Shown in pieces: positions 1 through 8,976 of a DNA stretch of 37,544 bases. This DNA is from Gemmatimonadota bacterium. GTDB lineage: Bacteria > Gemmatimonadota > Gemmatimonadetes > Gemmatimonadales > GWC2-71-9. The notes under the pieces are model-generated. The model was not told the origin of the DNA and did not search any database. It worked only from the letters and a program-made list of their open reading frames with translations. Each line of letters starts with the position of its first letter. The stretch's first letter is position 1. The stretch lies in the NCBI GenBank assembly GCA_027294815.1, contig JAPULP010000200.1, positions 1-37,544 of the forward strand, in the 5' to 3' direction. Position numbers and translations under genes: made by a program.

Positions 1-1538
1 TCACCGGCTTTGCGATGGGTGCGTCGTCGATCGCCCTGTTTGCGCGCGTGGGCGGTGGCATCTACACGAAAGCAGCCGACGTGGGAGCCGACCTGGTCGG
101 GAAAGTCGAGGCGGGCATCCCGGAGGACGATCCGCGAAACCCGGCAACCATCGCCGACAACGTCGGTGACAACGTCGGCGATGTGGCGGGGATGGGTGCG
201 GACATCTTCGAGAGTTACGTAGGAGCGTCGATCGCAACGATCGCCATCGCCGCCACCAGCCCGGCCATCACGAACCGGGCGGCCGCCGCCGCCCTGCCAA
301 TCCTGTTCATTCTGGCCGGTCTCGGATCCAGTGTGCTGGCCATTCTATTCTTCCGCCTCCTCGCAAAATCCAGTCCCGCAGCCGCCCTCCGATGGGCCGC
401 ATTCATTGCCGCAGGGATCTTCCTCCCAGCGGCCTACTTCATCTCCGGCGCCGTCGATATCGGGCTCGCGAACCCGCTCGGACCGTTCTGGGCGGTGCTC
501 GCCGGGACGCTCGCGGGGATCTTCATCGGGCTGGCGACCGAGTACTACACCGCGGCGAGCCCGATTCGGGTGATCGCCGAGGCGTCGCTGACCGGCCCGG
601 CCACCAACATCATCGCGGGCCTGGCCATCGGAATGCGGTCTATCGCCATCCCGGTGCTGTTGATCTGCGGCGCGATCTGGGTGGCGTACACAGCCGCGGG
701 TCTGTACGGCATCGGCATCGCCGCCGTCGGCATGCTGGCCACGGTGGGCGTGACCATGTCGGTGGACGCGTACGGCCCCATTGCCGACAACGCGGGCGGC
801 ATCAGCGAGATGAGCGGGCTCGGACCCGAGGTCCGAAAGATCACCGATGAGCTCGACGCCCTTGGCAACACGACGGCGGCCATGGGCAAAGGGTTCGCCA
901 TCGGGTCCGCGGCTCTGACGGCGCTGGCCTTGTTCAGCGCCTACGCGAACGCGGTAACACCGGCGGGAGCGGAGCCCCTTCTGCTGGACATCGTCGACCC
1001 GAAGGTCGTTATCGGACTCTTTCTGGGCGGCATTCTGCCCTTCTTTATCGGCGCGCAGACCATGACGGCCGTGGGCCGCGCAGCCGAGGGCATGGTGCAG
1101 GAGGTCCGACGCCAGTTCAGGGAGATTCCCGGCATCATGGAGGGAACGGCGAAACCGGATAGCGCCCGATGTATCGATATCTCCACCACTGCCGCCCTCC
1201 GGGAGATGATCTTGCCGGGCCTTACCGCGATCATCGCCCCTGTGCTGGTCGGGAAATTCCTCGGCATCCAGACACTGGGCGGCATGCTTGCGGGTGCCAC
1301 GCTCACCGGCGAGACGCTGGCGCTGTTCATGGCAAACGCCGGCGGCGCATGGGACAACGCGAAAAAGTACATCGAGGCGGGAGCCCACGGCGGGAAGGGA
1401 TCCGACCCCCACAAAGCCGCCGTCGTCGGTGACACCGTCGGCGACCCGTTCAAGGACACCAGCGGCCCGTCGCTGAATATTCTCATCAAACTGATGGCGG
1501 TGGTCAGCTTGGTCCTGGCTCCGTGGTTTATTGCGTAA
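1..1538 (+). CDS. hppA: Membrane-integral pyrophosphatase (ion-translocating PPase), 5' end cut by the window edge; K+-dependent-type signature
   Basis: Frame is open from the window start (first full codon at 3) to TAA at 1536-1538. M-PPase motifs: [49 protein letters not shown] (Ala rather than Lys at the position that separates K+-dependent from K+-independent enzymes), [23 protein letters not shown]. Many hydrophobic helices. Confidence 0.95.
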   Translation, partial: TGFAMGASSIALFARVGGGIYTKAADVGADLVGKVEAGIPEDDPRNPATIADNVGDNVGDVAGMGADIFESYVGASIATIAIAATSPAITNRAAAAALPILFILAGLGSSVLAILFFRLLAKSSPAAALRWAAFIAAGIFLPAAYFISGAVDIGLANPLGPFWAVLAGTLAGIFIGLATEYYTAASPIRVIAEASLTGPATNIIAGLAIGMRSIAIPVLLICGAIWVAYTAAGLYGIGIAAVGMLATVGVTMSVDAYGPIADNAGGISEMSGLGPEVRKITDELDALGNTTAAMGKGFAIGSAALTALALFSAYANAVTPAGAEPLLLDIVDPKVVIGLFLGGILPFFIGAQTMTAVGRAAEGMVQEVRRQFREIPGIMEGTAKPDSARCIDISTTAALREMILPGLTAIIAPVLVGKFLGIQTLGGMLAGATLTGETLALFMANAGGAWDNAKKYIEAGAHGGKGSDPHKAAVVGDTVGDPFKDTSGPSLNILIKLMAVVSLVLAPWFIA

Positions 1539-1683
1539 GCCGTGACCCGTGAACCGCCAAGAGTTGCCACTACACCCCAGCCAGCTTAGACTTCCCCGCC
1601 CATAGGTGGCACTAGCCACCACCTACATACCGCCTACTCCGCCCCACACCCGGGCGGGGTCGCACAGACCAAGGGGAGGTGTG

Positions 1684-2142
1684 ATGACTCGTCGGTACGA
1701 GATCGTCTACATTTTCGACAGCGCGAACGAAGAACCCCAGATCGAGAAGCATCTGGACCGGTTTCATGCGGTGCTGAAAAGCAAAGAGAATCCGGATCCC
1801 ATTCGCAACGCCAACCACTGGGGAAAGCGCTCGCTCGCCTACCCAATCGCCGGTAACGAGATCGGGTATTACGTGGTGGTGCAGTTTTCCACCGACCCAA
1901 CGTTGTTACCCGAGTTTGAGCGGTTGCTCAAACTCGAGGAGGCGGTCATCCGCCACCAGATCGTCTTGAATGAAGGCGAGGTTCCCGTACCGGCTCCCGT
2001 GCCTGACGCGAGTGATGATCGCAAGGGGTCGGACAAGGAGAAGGGGTCGGACAAGGAGAAGGGATCGGACAAGGAGAAGGGGTCGGGAGAGGACAAGGGA
2101 TCGGACAAGGAGAAGGATTCGGACAAGGAGAAGGAAGAATGA
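1684..2142 (+). CDS. rpsF: 30S ribosomal protein S6 with a repetitive charged C-terminal extension
   Basis: ATG at 1684 follows GGGGAGG (1673-1679). The N-terminus [13 protein letters not shown]...[11 protein letters not shown] is S6-like. Its stop overlaps the rpsR start (ATGA at 2139-2142). The ORF-track start at 1606 is judged a spurious extension. Confidence 0.9.
   Translation: MTRRYEIVYIFDSANEEPQIEKHLDRFHAVLKSKENPDPIRNANHWGKRSLAYPIAGNEIGYYVVVQFSTDPTLLPEFERLLKLEEAVIRHQIVLNEGEVPVPAPVPDASDDRKGSDKEKGSDKEKGSDKEKGSGEDKGSDKEKDSDKEKEE
2023..2130 (+). repeat. Six tandem 18-nt units (AAGGGGTCGGACAAGGAG and variants) encoding (KGSDKE)n inside the 3' end of rpsF
   Basis: Direct reading: units at 2023-2040, 2041-2058, 2059-2076, 2077-2094 (KGSGED variant), 2095-2112 and 2113-2130 (KDSDKE variant), then KEE and the stop. 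Confidence 0.95.
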
Positions 2143-2357
2143 GACGTGGCAAGAAGACGTGTCCGGTATGTGAGATGGGAGTGCGGGTTGTCGACTACAA
2201 GGACGACCGTACACTCCAACGCTTCATTACGGACCGCGGGAAGATTCTTCCCCGTCGACTTTCCGGTACCTGTGCCAGGCATCAGCGGCAGGTCGGGACG
2301 GCTATCAAGCGTGCCCGTCACATCGCCTTGTTGCCGTTCATTCGCTCCGGCGCTTGA
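2139..2357 (+). CDS. rpsR: 30S ribosomal protein S18
   Basis: Translation ...[49 protein letters not shown] is canonical S18. It overlaps rpsF by ATGA. Confidence 0.95.
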   Translation: MRRGKKTCPVCEMGVRVVDYKDDRTLQRFITDRGKILPRRLSGTCARHQRQVGTAIKRARHIALLPFIRSGA

Positions 2358-3325
2358 TGGCCGTTCGATCCGAGTCCCGAAAGCGAGGGCTCGGGTTGCT
2401 TCTGGTGTTCGGTGCCGTGATGGCGTTTGCACTCTTCGCACGCATCGGGCAGCTGACCTTGCCATTGGCGGGCTTGCTCGTCGCCACTCGCGCCCGGAGA
2501 GGCCACGTGATCGCCGCGTCATTCCTGGTGGGGGTGAGCCTGTGGTGGCTCGCTCAAGTCGGTAATCCTCCCGATCAACTCGTCCGCGCCGCAGCAGTTG
2601 TCGGAAGCACGGTGTTCGTCGCTGCGTTCGTGTCCATGAAATGGTCACACACCCATCGCTCGCTAGTGGCAATGGGACTGGCGGCGGGTGGCGTGACGGT
2701 AATGTTTGCCGCGCTGCGGATCTCCTGGCCCGAAGTGCGGTGGTGGGTGGAATCGCGCATCCAGTTTGCCGCGCAGATGACCCTCACACGTATGTCGGGA
2801 AACCGATTCGGAACGGGCGGTGACCTGACGAGCAACGACCCCATGGTCGGGCAGTTGGAGGGGTGGTTCGAGGCAGGCATTCCGTTATTGGCGGACTATT
2901 TCCCGGCCCTCGTGGCCGTGCAGATGTTCGCCGGATTCGCGCTGGCTATGGTGCTGTTCCGACGTATCGCGCCGGAGCTGGGGGTAACCCTCGCGAGGTT
3001 CAGGGACTTTCGCTTCTCCGAACATCTGGGGTGGATCGCGGTGGTCTCGCTGGCGATCGTACTCATGGTGAGAGCGGCCGCGCTGAAGCTGTTGGCGGCG
3101 AATGTGCTCGTGGTCGCCGGAATGCTCTACGCTTTGCGAGGGTCGGCGGTGGTCGTGTTCGGTCTCGCCTTGACCGGAGGCCCCGGCCTCATCACCACCG
3201 GTATCATCGCTCTTTCGGTGGTATTCATGTTGCCCGTCGTACTCACCGGCACCATTCTTCTTGGGGTGGTGGACACGGGCTTGGACCTGAGACGGCGGTG
3301 GTCGACACCGCAAGAGAGAACGTGA
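2357..3325 (+). CDS. Polytopic membrane protein of unknown function, possibly YybS/DUF2232-like judged only from its position between rpsR and rplI
   Basis: ATG at 2357 overlaps the rpsR stop (TGATG); the ORF track gives TTG at 2354. About 320 aa with multiple hydrophobic helices. It ends 3 nt before the rplI start. Confidence 0.75.
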   Translation: MAVRSESRKRGLGLLLVFGAVMAFALFARIGQLTLPLAGLLVATRARRGHVIAASFLVGVSLWWLAQVGNPPDQLVRAAAVVGSTVFVAAFVSMKWSHTHRSLVAMGLAAGGVTVMFAALRISWPEVRWWVESRIQFAAQMTLTRMSGNRFGTGGDLTSNDPMVGQLEGWFEAGIPLLADYFPALVAVQMFAGFALAMVLFRRIAPELGVTLARFRDFRFSEHLGWIAVVSLAIVLMVRAAALKLLAANVLVVAGMLYALRGSAVVVFGLALTGGPGLITTGIIALSVVFMLPVVLTGTILLGVVDTGLDLRRRWSTPQERT

Positions 3326-3327
3326 CG

Positions 3328-3774
3328 ATGGAAGTCATTCTTCGCGAAGACGTGGACCATTTGGGACGCATCGGAGAAATCGTACGAGTCAAAAACGGGT
3401 ACGCCCGCAACTACCTGATCCCGTACGGCAAGGCTTACCCGGCGACCGAAGGCAACAAGCGGCAGGTCGGTTTCGAGCACGCGCGTCGTGCCGAACGGCT
3501 CGCGTTCGAAAAGGGAGAGGCGGAGGCATTCGCAGCTCGGCTCGCAGACGTCACGCTGGCCTTTACGGCGAAAACCGGAGATGGCGACCGTTTGTTCGGA
3601 TCGATCACTACGGCTGACATCGCCAACAAACTCGCCGAAGCGGGTCACCAAGTGGATAAGCGGCACATCGAGTTGCACGAACCGATCAAAACGCTCGGCG
3701 AACACCACGTCGGTATTCGGTTGCACATGGACGTGAAACCCAAGATCCTCGTAACCGTGACCAAGGAGTCATAG
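3328..3774 (+). CDS. rplI: 50S ribosomal protein L9
   Basis: MEVILREDVDHLGRIGEIVRVKNGYARNYLIPYGKA... is canonical L9. The ATG at 3328 lies inside a longer spurious ORF (2863..3774). Confidence 0.95.
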   Translation: MEVILREDVDHLGRIGEIVRVKNGYARNYLIPYGKAYPATEGNKRQVGFEHARRAERLAFEKGEAEAFAARLADVTLAFTAKTGDGDRLFGSITTADIANKLAEAGHQVDKRHIELHEPIKTLGEHHVGIRLHMDVKPKILVTVTKES

Positions 3775-3785
3775 CGAGTTACTCG

Positions 3786-3962
3786 GTGGGCATCGCTTAC
3801 TTGGACGGTCCCCGTCTTCGCCGATGCTTCATGGCCGCGGCTGACTGGGTAGAAGTCGGCCGGGACGCGGCCCAGACAGGCTCCGATGTGGCCGCCGAGG
3901 ACGAGCGCCGAGAGCCGGCTACCGGCGCCAATCGGAACATTTCCTCCTCGGGCGCGCTATGA
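3786..3962 (+). CDS. Possible unannotated 58-aa ORF between rplI and rsfS (GTG start; below the ORF-track length cutoff)
   Basis: Hand translation: VGIAYLDGPRLRRCFMAAADWVEVGRDAAQTGSDVAAEDERREPATGANRNISSSGAL*. Its TGA (3960-3962) overlaps the rsfS ATG (3959-3961) as ATGA, the coupling pattern used elsewhere in this window. By hand count, roughly three quarters of third codon positions are G/C. No convincing Shine-Dalgarno sequence. Confidence 0.25.
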   Translation: MGIAYLDGPRLRRCFMAAADWVEVGRDAAQTGSDVAAEDERREPATGANRNISSSGAL

Positions 3963-4324
3963 CCACCGACTGGGTGTCAGGGGAGCGGGATGTGCATGCG
4001 GCCGTGAGCGCACTGGAAGCCCATAAGGCGTCCAACATCGTCGTGCTAGACTTGCGCGACCTCAGCGGGGCGACCGATTTTTTCATTGTCGCGTCCGGGA
4101 CGTCTGACACCCATGTTCGCGCACTCGGAGAGCGGGTGCTCGAAGCGCTCTCGACGGACGGCGTCAAACCGCACCATACCGAGGGACTTTCGAAGGGACG
4201 TTGGGTATTGCTCGACTACGTAGATTTCGTGGTCCATGTGTTTCATCCCGCTCTGCGCCAGTTCTACCAGCTGGAACGACTCTGGGGAGAGGCACCGTCA
4301 GCCCTGATCGAGTCGCAGGCATGA
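3959..4324 (+). CDS. rsfS: Ribosomal silencing factor RsfS (iojap family)
   Basis: Typical RsfS features: ...ALEAHKASNIVVLDLRDLSGATDFFIVASGTSDTHVRAL...WVLLDYVDFVVHVFHP..R.FYQLERLW. Confidence 0.9.
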   Translation: MTTDWVSGERDVHAAVSALEAHKASNIVVLDLRDLSGATDFFIVASGTSDTHVRALGERVLEALSTDGVKPHHTEGLSKGRWVLLDYVDFVVHVFHPALRQFYQLERLWGEAPSALIESQA

Positions 4325-7300
4325 GCCGAGGCCGGTCCGCCCTCCTTTCTCTCGTCGTCGTTCTTCTCTTTCCCACATTCGTGCAGGCCCAATACTTCGG
4401 GCAAAACCGCGTCAGATACCGAAGCTTCGACTTCTTGATCGTCGAGACGGCACACTTTGACGTCTACTATTACGACGATTTCCGCGATGCGGCCATGGAT
4501 GCGGCGCGCATGGCCGAGCGGGCATACCAGCGCCTGGCGCGGACGCTGCACCACGAATACCGGGAACGGCAGCCGATCGTCCTGTTTGCATCCCACACGG
4601 AGTTTCAACAGAACAACCTCACCGACATCTCCGAGGGCGTGCAGGGCGTTACCGACGCATTACAGCATCGGGTGATGTTGCCCTTCACCGGGTCTTACGA
4701 AGATTTCGACCACGTCCTCCGGCACGAATTAGTCCACCAATTCCAATTCGACATCTTTGCCCGTGGTCGTATCGGGGCGGCGGTCGAACGCATGATGTTC
4801 GTGCAACCACCGCTGTGGTTTACCGAAGGCATAGCCGAGTACTTGTCGATTGGTCCGGTCAACGCGCTGACGGCGATGTGGTTGCGCGATGCCGCCCTGA
4901 ACGGAACCCTTCCGACGATCGAGCAACTCACCACCGACTCTAGAATCTTTCCGTATCGCTACGGACACGCACTCTTTTCGTATATCGGTGAGCGCTGGGG
5001 CGACGACACCGTAGCGGAAATCATGCACGGTGTGGCCGCGTCGGGCGTTGAAGGTGGTTTCGGCCGCGCGCTACGAATCTCACTCGAGCAATTGTCAAAG
5101 GACTGGCACGACGCGGTACGCAGGGTCCACCTCGCCCAAGAGCCCGAGTCAGAACGTTCTCTCGACGCTGCGACCCCGGTCCTCACGAGGGAGCGGTCCA
5201 CAGGCGGCCTGCACATCTCGCCCGCGCTGTCTCCGGACGGTTCGAAAATCGTGTACTTCTCGGATGCTGGATCGTTGTTCATCGATCTTTATCTTGCGGA
5301 CGTCGCGTCGGGCCGCATCAACCGCCGTCTGGTGCGGAGCGCATTCAGCGCCGAGATGGAGAGCTTGCGATTCTTGAATTCCGCGGCTGCGTGGTCGCCC
5401 GATGGACGGTTCCTGGCGTTCCCCGCCAAGCATGGTGGGCGCGACGACCTGATCATATTCGACACGGTGCACAACCGAATTCACCGTCGCATCGACATCC
5501 CCTTGTCGGGCATTACCAACCCCGCGTGGGCGCCCCACGGCAATCAGCTCGTGTTCACCGGGTTGTCGGGAGGCCATTCGGACCTGTATGTCGTCGATGT
5601 CGACGGAACCGACCTACAACAGCTGACCAACGACCGATACTCGGCGCTGCATCCCGCCTGGTCACCTGATGGGCGGGCCATTGCGTTTGTGACTGACCGT
5701 GGCCCACAGGCGGACCTCGACAACCTACGCACCGGTCCACTCGCCATTGCACTGTTCCACGTGGACACCGACGTCATCGACGTGCTTCCCGGCATGGAGG
5801 GCTCGAACATAAACCCGCAGTGGTCGCCGGATGGAACCGGCCTCGCCTTTGTCTCCGATCGGACCGGAGTCGCCAACCTCTTTATTCACGAAATCAACGA
5901 GGGCGAGACCTATCAGTTGACAGACGTGCACACCGGCATCTCCGGTATCACCGGGAAGTCGCCGGCTATTTCGTGGGCGCCGCAAGCCGACCGTCTTGCA
6001 ATGACGTATTACGAGAACGGCGAGTACAACGTGTACGCCGTGGACAACCCGCGAGCGCTCAAGCGCGAACCGTATGTGTCTCCCAGCGACACAGCGGACC
6101 TGGTCGCCTCGGTGGAAGCGGAGCACAACACGCGTTCTCTTCATTACGCCACCGAATCCATCCCCGCACCACCTCCACTGCGCACGGTCTCGGTGCGCGC
6201 GCTACTCGACAGCGCGCTCCAGCAACTGCCCGATACCGCCACGTTCGGGTTCCGACGTTATCATCCCACACTGCACCTCGATTACGTCGCGCAACCCACT
6301 ATCGGTTACCAACGAGATAATTTTGGAAGTGGAGTGTTTGGGGGAACGGCGATGTCGCTGTCCGATCTCCTCGGTAACCGTCGCCTGGTGGCCGGCGTCC
6401 AGGTCAACGGCCGGATCGAAGAGGCACAGCTACTCGCCGTCTACACCAACTCCGCTCACCGAACAGCATGGGCGGTCGGCTACGAACAGGCCCCGACGTT
6501 CTTCCTCCAAAACGTCGACATCGTGACCAACCCGGTCACCGGCCGACAACTCGTCAACGAACGGATTCAACGTTTCATCGTCCATCGCGCGTTCGTCGAG
6601 GCATATCGTTCGTTTTCCCGTTTCTCACGGCTCGAAGGACGTCTCAGTGCCTCGAACGTCTCGAGTGCACAGCTGAACTTCCAAACGCAGTACGACCCCA
6701 TAGGCGGTCTTGGATTCGAACGGAATCTACAAAAGATCAGCCAGGGGTCATTCAATTACCTCCAACCTTCTCTCGCGCTGGTGTACGACAATTCGGTCTC
6801 GCTGTGGAACGGACCGTACCTCGGCCGCCGGAGCCGCTTTGAGTACGCTCCGGCATTCGGGCAATGGAACTTCCACCAAACACTTGCCGACTATCGCCGC
6901 TACGATCAAATCAAGGGACAGGTCACATTCGCAACGCGGCTACTGTTTTTCGGCAGGTTTGGCCGGGATAGTCGCGAGTTCCCCGTTTTCCTGGGGACAC
7001 CGGAGTTGATCCGGGGCTACACGTCGGGGTCTTTCCGCCGGCGAGAGTGCAGCGCGGACAATGCCGCGGGTTTCGACAGCACGTGCGGCGAGTTGTTCCA
7101 ACTCATCGGCACGCGGCTTGCTGTATTCAACGCCGAGGTACGTTTTCCCATCGCCAATCAACTCGTATTCAAATCGTTGCCGGCTGTCTTCCCGCCAATC
7201 GAAGGAGCGGTGTTCTTCGACGCCGGAGTAACCTGGCAGGACGGGACCTCACTGAAGCTCATCCGCAGGGCCTCCGACGACCTCCATGCGGTGCGTGCCC

Positions 7301-7434
7301 CGTTGGCAAGCTGGGGTGTTTCCATTCGGGGCAATTTCTTCGGCTTCATGATCCTGCGCGGCGATTACGCCAAGCCCATCAGCCGCGAGAACGACGGCGC
7401 CTATTGGACCATCAGCTTTGGGCCGATGTTTTGA
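4321..7434 (+). CDS. 1037-aa secreted fusion protein: N-terminal HExxH metallopeptidase (Peptidase_MA-like), central TolB/PD40-type beta-propeller repeats, C-terminal Omp85/surface-antigen-like beta-barrel
   Basis: ATG at 4321 overlaps the rsfS stop (ATGA). Signal peptide: MSRGRSALLSLVVVLLFPTFVQAQ. HELVH followed by FTEGIAEY. Repeated PD40-like motifs: SPDGSKIVYFSD, WSPDGRFLAF, WAPHGNQLVF, WSPDGRAIAFVTDR, WSPDGTGLAFVSDRTG. The C-terminal part is rich in alternating beta-strand sequence and ends ...YWTISFGPMF (terminal Phe, typical of OM barrels). Confidence 0.85.
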   Translation: MSRGRSALLSLVVVLLFPTFVQAQYFGQNRVRYRSFDFLIVETAHFDVYYYDDFRDAAMDAARMAERAYQRLARTLHHEYRERQPIVLFASHTEFQQNNLTDISEGVQGVTDALQHRVMLPFTGSYEDFDHVLRHELVHQFQFDIFARGRIGAAVERMMFVQPPLWFTEGIAEYLSIGPVNALTAMWLRDAALNGTLPTIEQLTTDSRIFPYRYGHALFSYIGERWGDDTVAEIMHGVAASGVEGGFGRALRISLEQLSKDWHDAVRRVHLAQEPESERSLDAATPVLTRERSTGGLHISPALSPDGSKIVYFSDAGSLFIDLYLADVASGRINRRLVRSAFSAEMESLRFLNSAAAWSPDGRFLAFPAKHGGRDDLIIFDTVHNRIHRRIDIPLSGITNPAWAPHGNQLVFTGLSGGHSDLYVVDVDGTDLQQLTNDRYSALHPAWSPDGRAIAFVTDRGPQADLDNLRTGPLAIALFHVDTDVIDVLPGMEGSNINPQWSPDGTGLAFVSDRTGVANLFIHEINEGETYQLTDVHTGISGITGKSPAISWAPQADRLAMTYYENGEYNVYAVDNPRALKREPYVSPSDTADLVASVEAEHNTRSLHYATESIPAPPPLRTVSVRALLDSALQQLPDTATFGFRRYHPTLHLDYVAQPTIGYQRDNFGSGVFGGTAMSLSDLLGNRRLVAGVQVNGRIEEAQLLAVYTNSAHRTAWAVGYEQAPTFFLQNVDIVTNPVTGRQLVNERIQRFIVHRAFVEAYRSFSRFSRLEGRLSASNVSSAQLNFQTQYDPIGGLGFERNLQKISQGSFNYLQPSLALVYDNSVSLWNGPYLGRRSRFEYAPAFGQWNFHQTLADYRRYDQIKGQVTFATRLLFFGRFGRDSREFPVFLGTPELIRGYTSGSFRRRECSADNAAGFDSTCGELFQLIGTRLAVFNAEVRFPIANQLVFKSLPAVFPPIEGAVFFDAGVTWQDGTSLKLIRRASDDLHAVRAPLASWGVSIRGNFFGFMILRGDYAKPISRENDGAYWTISFGPMF

Positions 7435-7435
7435 C

Positions 7436-7470
7436 GGGAGCAGGGAGCAGGGAGCAGGGAGCGGGGAGCA
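7436..7470 (+). repeat. (GGGAGCA)5 tandem heptamer array (fourth unit is GGGAGCG) starting 2 nt after the stop codon
   Basis: Direct reading: units at 7436-7442, 7443-7449, 7450-7456, 7457-7463 and 7464-7470. Five G3-4 tracts are separated by 3-4 nt loops. Confidence 0.95.
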
Positions 7471-7503
7471 GCAAGCCCAAGGATCGTAGCCGGCTGGCCC
7501 CGG

Positions 7504-8976
7504 TTGGCTAACCCTTCTCAGCACTCAATACGTTATTTTTCCGTCGTGACGTACACACGTAGCGCATCGCTCCTACTCGCCTTGATCCCCTCATTCCATG
7601 CCTGTGAATGGGGGGAGGCTGGCAACCCCATCCGCGTCGCCTTCGCGGCCGAGTCCGCTACCCCGAACGACACCTCGGTCGTCTTCCGATTCCCGACCAG
7701 TGCGGGGCCAGGGGTTCACCTCTACACCTTCCCGCGTCTGACGGAGGCCGATTGGCATTTTGCCACGCCCAGGCTGGCGGTCCGCCGCCTGGTGGGTTTT
7801 GGGGTGTCTGAAGGCCAGGTGTACGTCGAGACGCAAGATTCGTCGCTGGTCGCCCTCGACCTGGAAAGCGGTCTGGCCTCCACGCTCGAAAGCGCGGTCT
7901 TCTCGACAGCCATGGGTCCCACCGGTGTGCCACACATCGTGGGCTTTGACGGCACGCTCGCGGCGGTAATCGATCGACACACCCAGCCATGGGATCCCGT
8001 GCTCGCAGAGTTGCCGACACGGGTATGGGGCACGACGCGGAGACGGCTACTGGCCTTGGTCGAGTCCGATCAAGGTAGGCGGGTCGACCTGTTCGAAAAC
8101 TCTTCCTTCATCGGGAGTCTCGACCTGCCAGCCGGGCTTACCGCGGTCACGAGGTGGGGGGACCTCGCCGTGGTGGCGGTCGATTCCGGACTGGTGTCAG
8201 TCCGCATGGATCCCAGTCGGGACGACACCGAGTTTTTCCCGATTCCTGGCGTCGTGGCCGCCATGGTGTTTTCCGCGGCCAGCCACCACCTCTTCGTGGC
8301 TACAGCCGATCTCCAGATTCGCGTGATCAACCGATTCTCTCTAGACGGCGGCGAAGGTGCAGTTCTCAGACAATACCCGCTCGCGGATCGGATCGAAGCC
8401 ATGCGCGCCGGATCGCAGGGGCGGTTGCTGCTGCTGAAACCGGAAGGTGTCGATTCGGTGTGGATCGCCGATGCCACCGAACTCACCCGCGTGGTAACCG
8501 TTCCAGGATCGTGGGATAGTGACCTCCCGCAAGTAGCAACCGACGGAACGGTTTTGGTACGGCAGGGAGATGACGTCGTCGCCATCGATCCCGAAACCGC
8601 CGCCGAGGTGGGTCGGATCGAAGATGGGGCCAAAGATCGTTGGCTGGTGGCCGCATGGAATCCGCGCCGGCCCACGCTCCAGTTGGCGGAGGAGGTTGAG
8701 ACCGGTCCGGATGAGGCAATCGACGAGGCAGATCGGCGGACGTACTATGCTCAGCTGAGCAGCACCTCAAACCAAGCGTGGGCGCTGGCGCGCCGCGATG
8801 AGTTGCGTGGCGCTCAATTGAACGCACAGGTCATCTATCCTGACGAGTACTACGACCGATACCGGGTCGTGCTTGGACCCTTCGACACATCGGAAGAGGC
8901 CGACAACATCGGTCGCCGGCTCGGACAGCCTTATTGGATCATCACTGTGCAGGATACGACGGCCACAAACCGATGA
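7504..8976 (+). CDS. Probable lipoprotein with a beta-propeller-like body and a C-terminal SPOR (septal peptidoglycan-binding) domain
   Basis: N-terminus ...TRSASLLLALIPSFHAC looks like a lipoprotein signal with a lipobox Cys. The start is uncertain: TTG at 7504 or GTG at 7546. C-terminus YYAQLSSTSNQAWALARRDELRGAQLNAQVIYPDEYYDRYRVVLGPFDTSEEADNIGRRLGQPYWIITV is SPOR-like. Confidence 0.7.
   Translation: MANPSQHSIRYFSVVTYTRSASLLLALIPSFHACEWGEAGNPIRVAFAAESATPNDTSVVFRFPTSAGPGVHLYTFPRLTEADWHFATPRLAVRRLVGFGVSEGQVYVETQDSSLVALDLESGLASTLESAVFSTAMGPTGVPHIVGFDGTLAAVIDRHTQPWDPVLAELPTRVWGTTRRRLLALVESDQGRRVDLFENSSFIGSLDLPAGLTAVTRWGDLAVVAVDSGLVSVRMDPSRDDTEFFPIPGVVAAMVFSAASHHLFVATADLQIRVINRFSLDGGEGAVLRQYPLADRIEAMRAGSQGRLLLLKPEGVDSVWIADATELTRVVTVPGSWDSDLPQVATDGTVLVRQGDDVVAIDPETAAEVGRIEDGAKDRWLVAAWNPRRPTLQLAEEVETGPDEAIDEADRRTYYAQLSSTSNQAWALARRDELRGAQLNAQVIYPDEYYDRYRVVLGPFDTSEEADNIGRRLGQPYWIITVQDTTATNR

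Noticed and set aside
345-1622. 425-aa ORF antisense to hppA, plus several other 60-210-aa ORFs overlapping hppA
   Set aside because: It lies wholly inside a well-supported M-PPase gene. The Arg/Gly/Asp-rich low-complexity translation is typical of open alternative frames in high-GC DNA.
4201-4320. N-terminal extension of the OM fusion protein given by the ORF track (start at 4201)
   Set aside because: The extension overlaps the rsfS coding region in another frame. The ATG at 4321 gives a clean signal peptide and the ATGA overlap with the rsfS stop.
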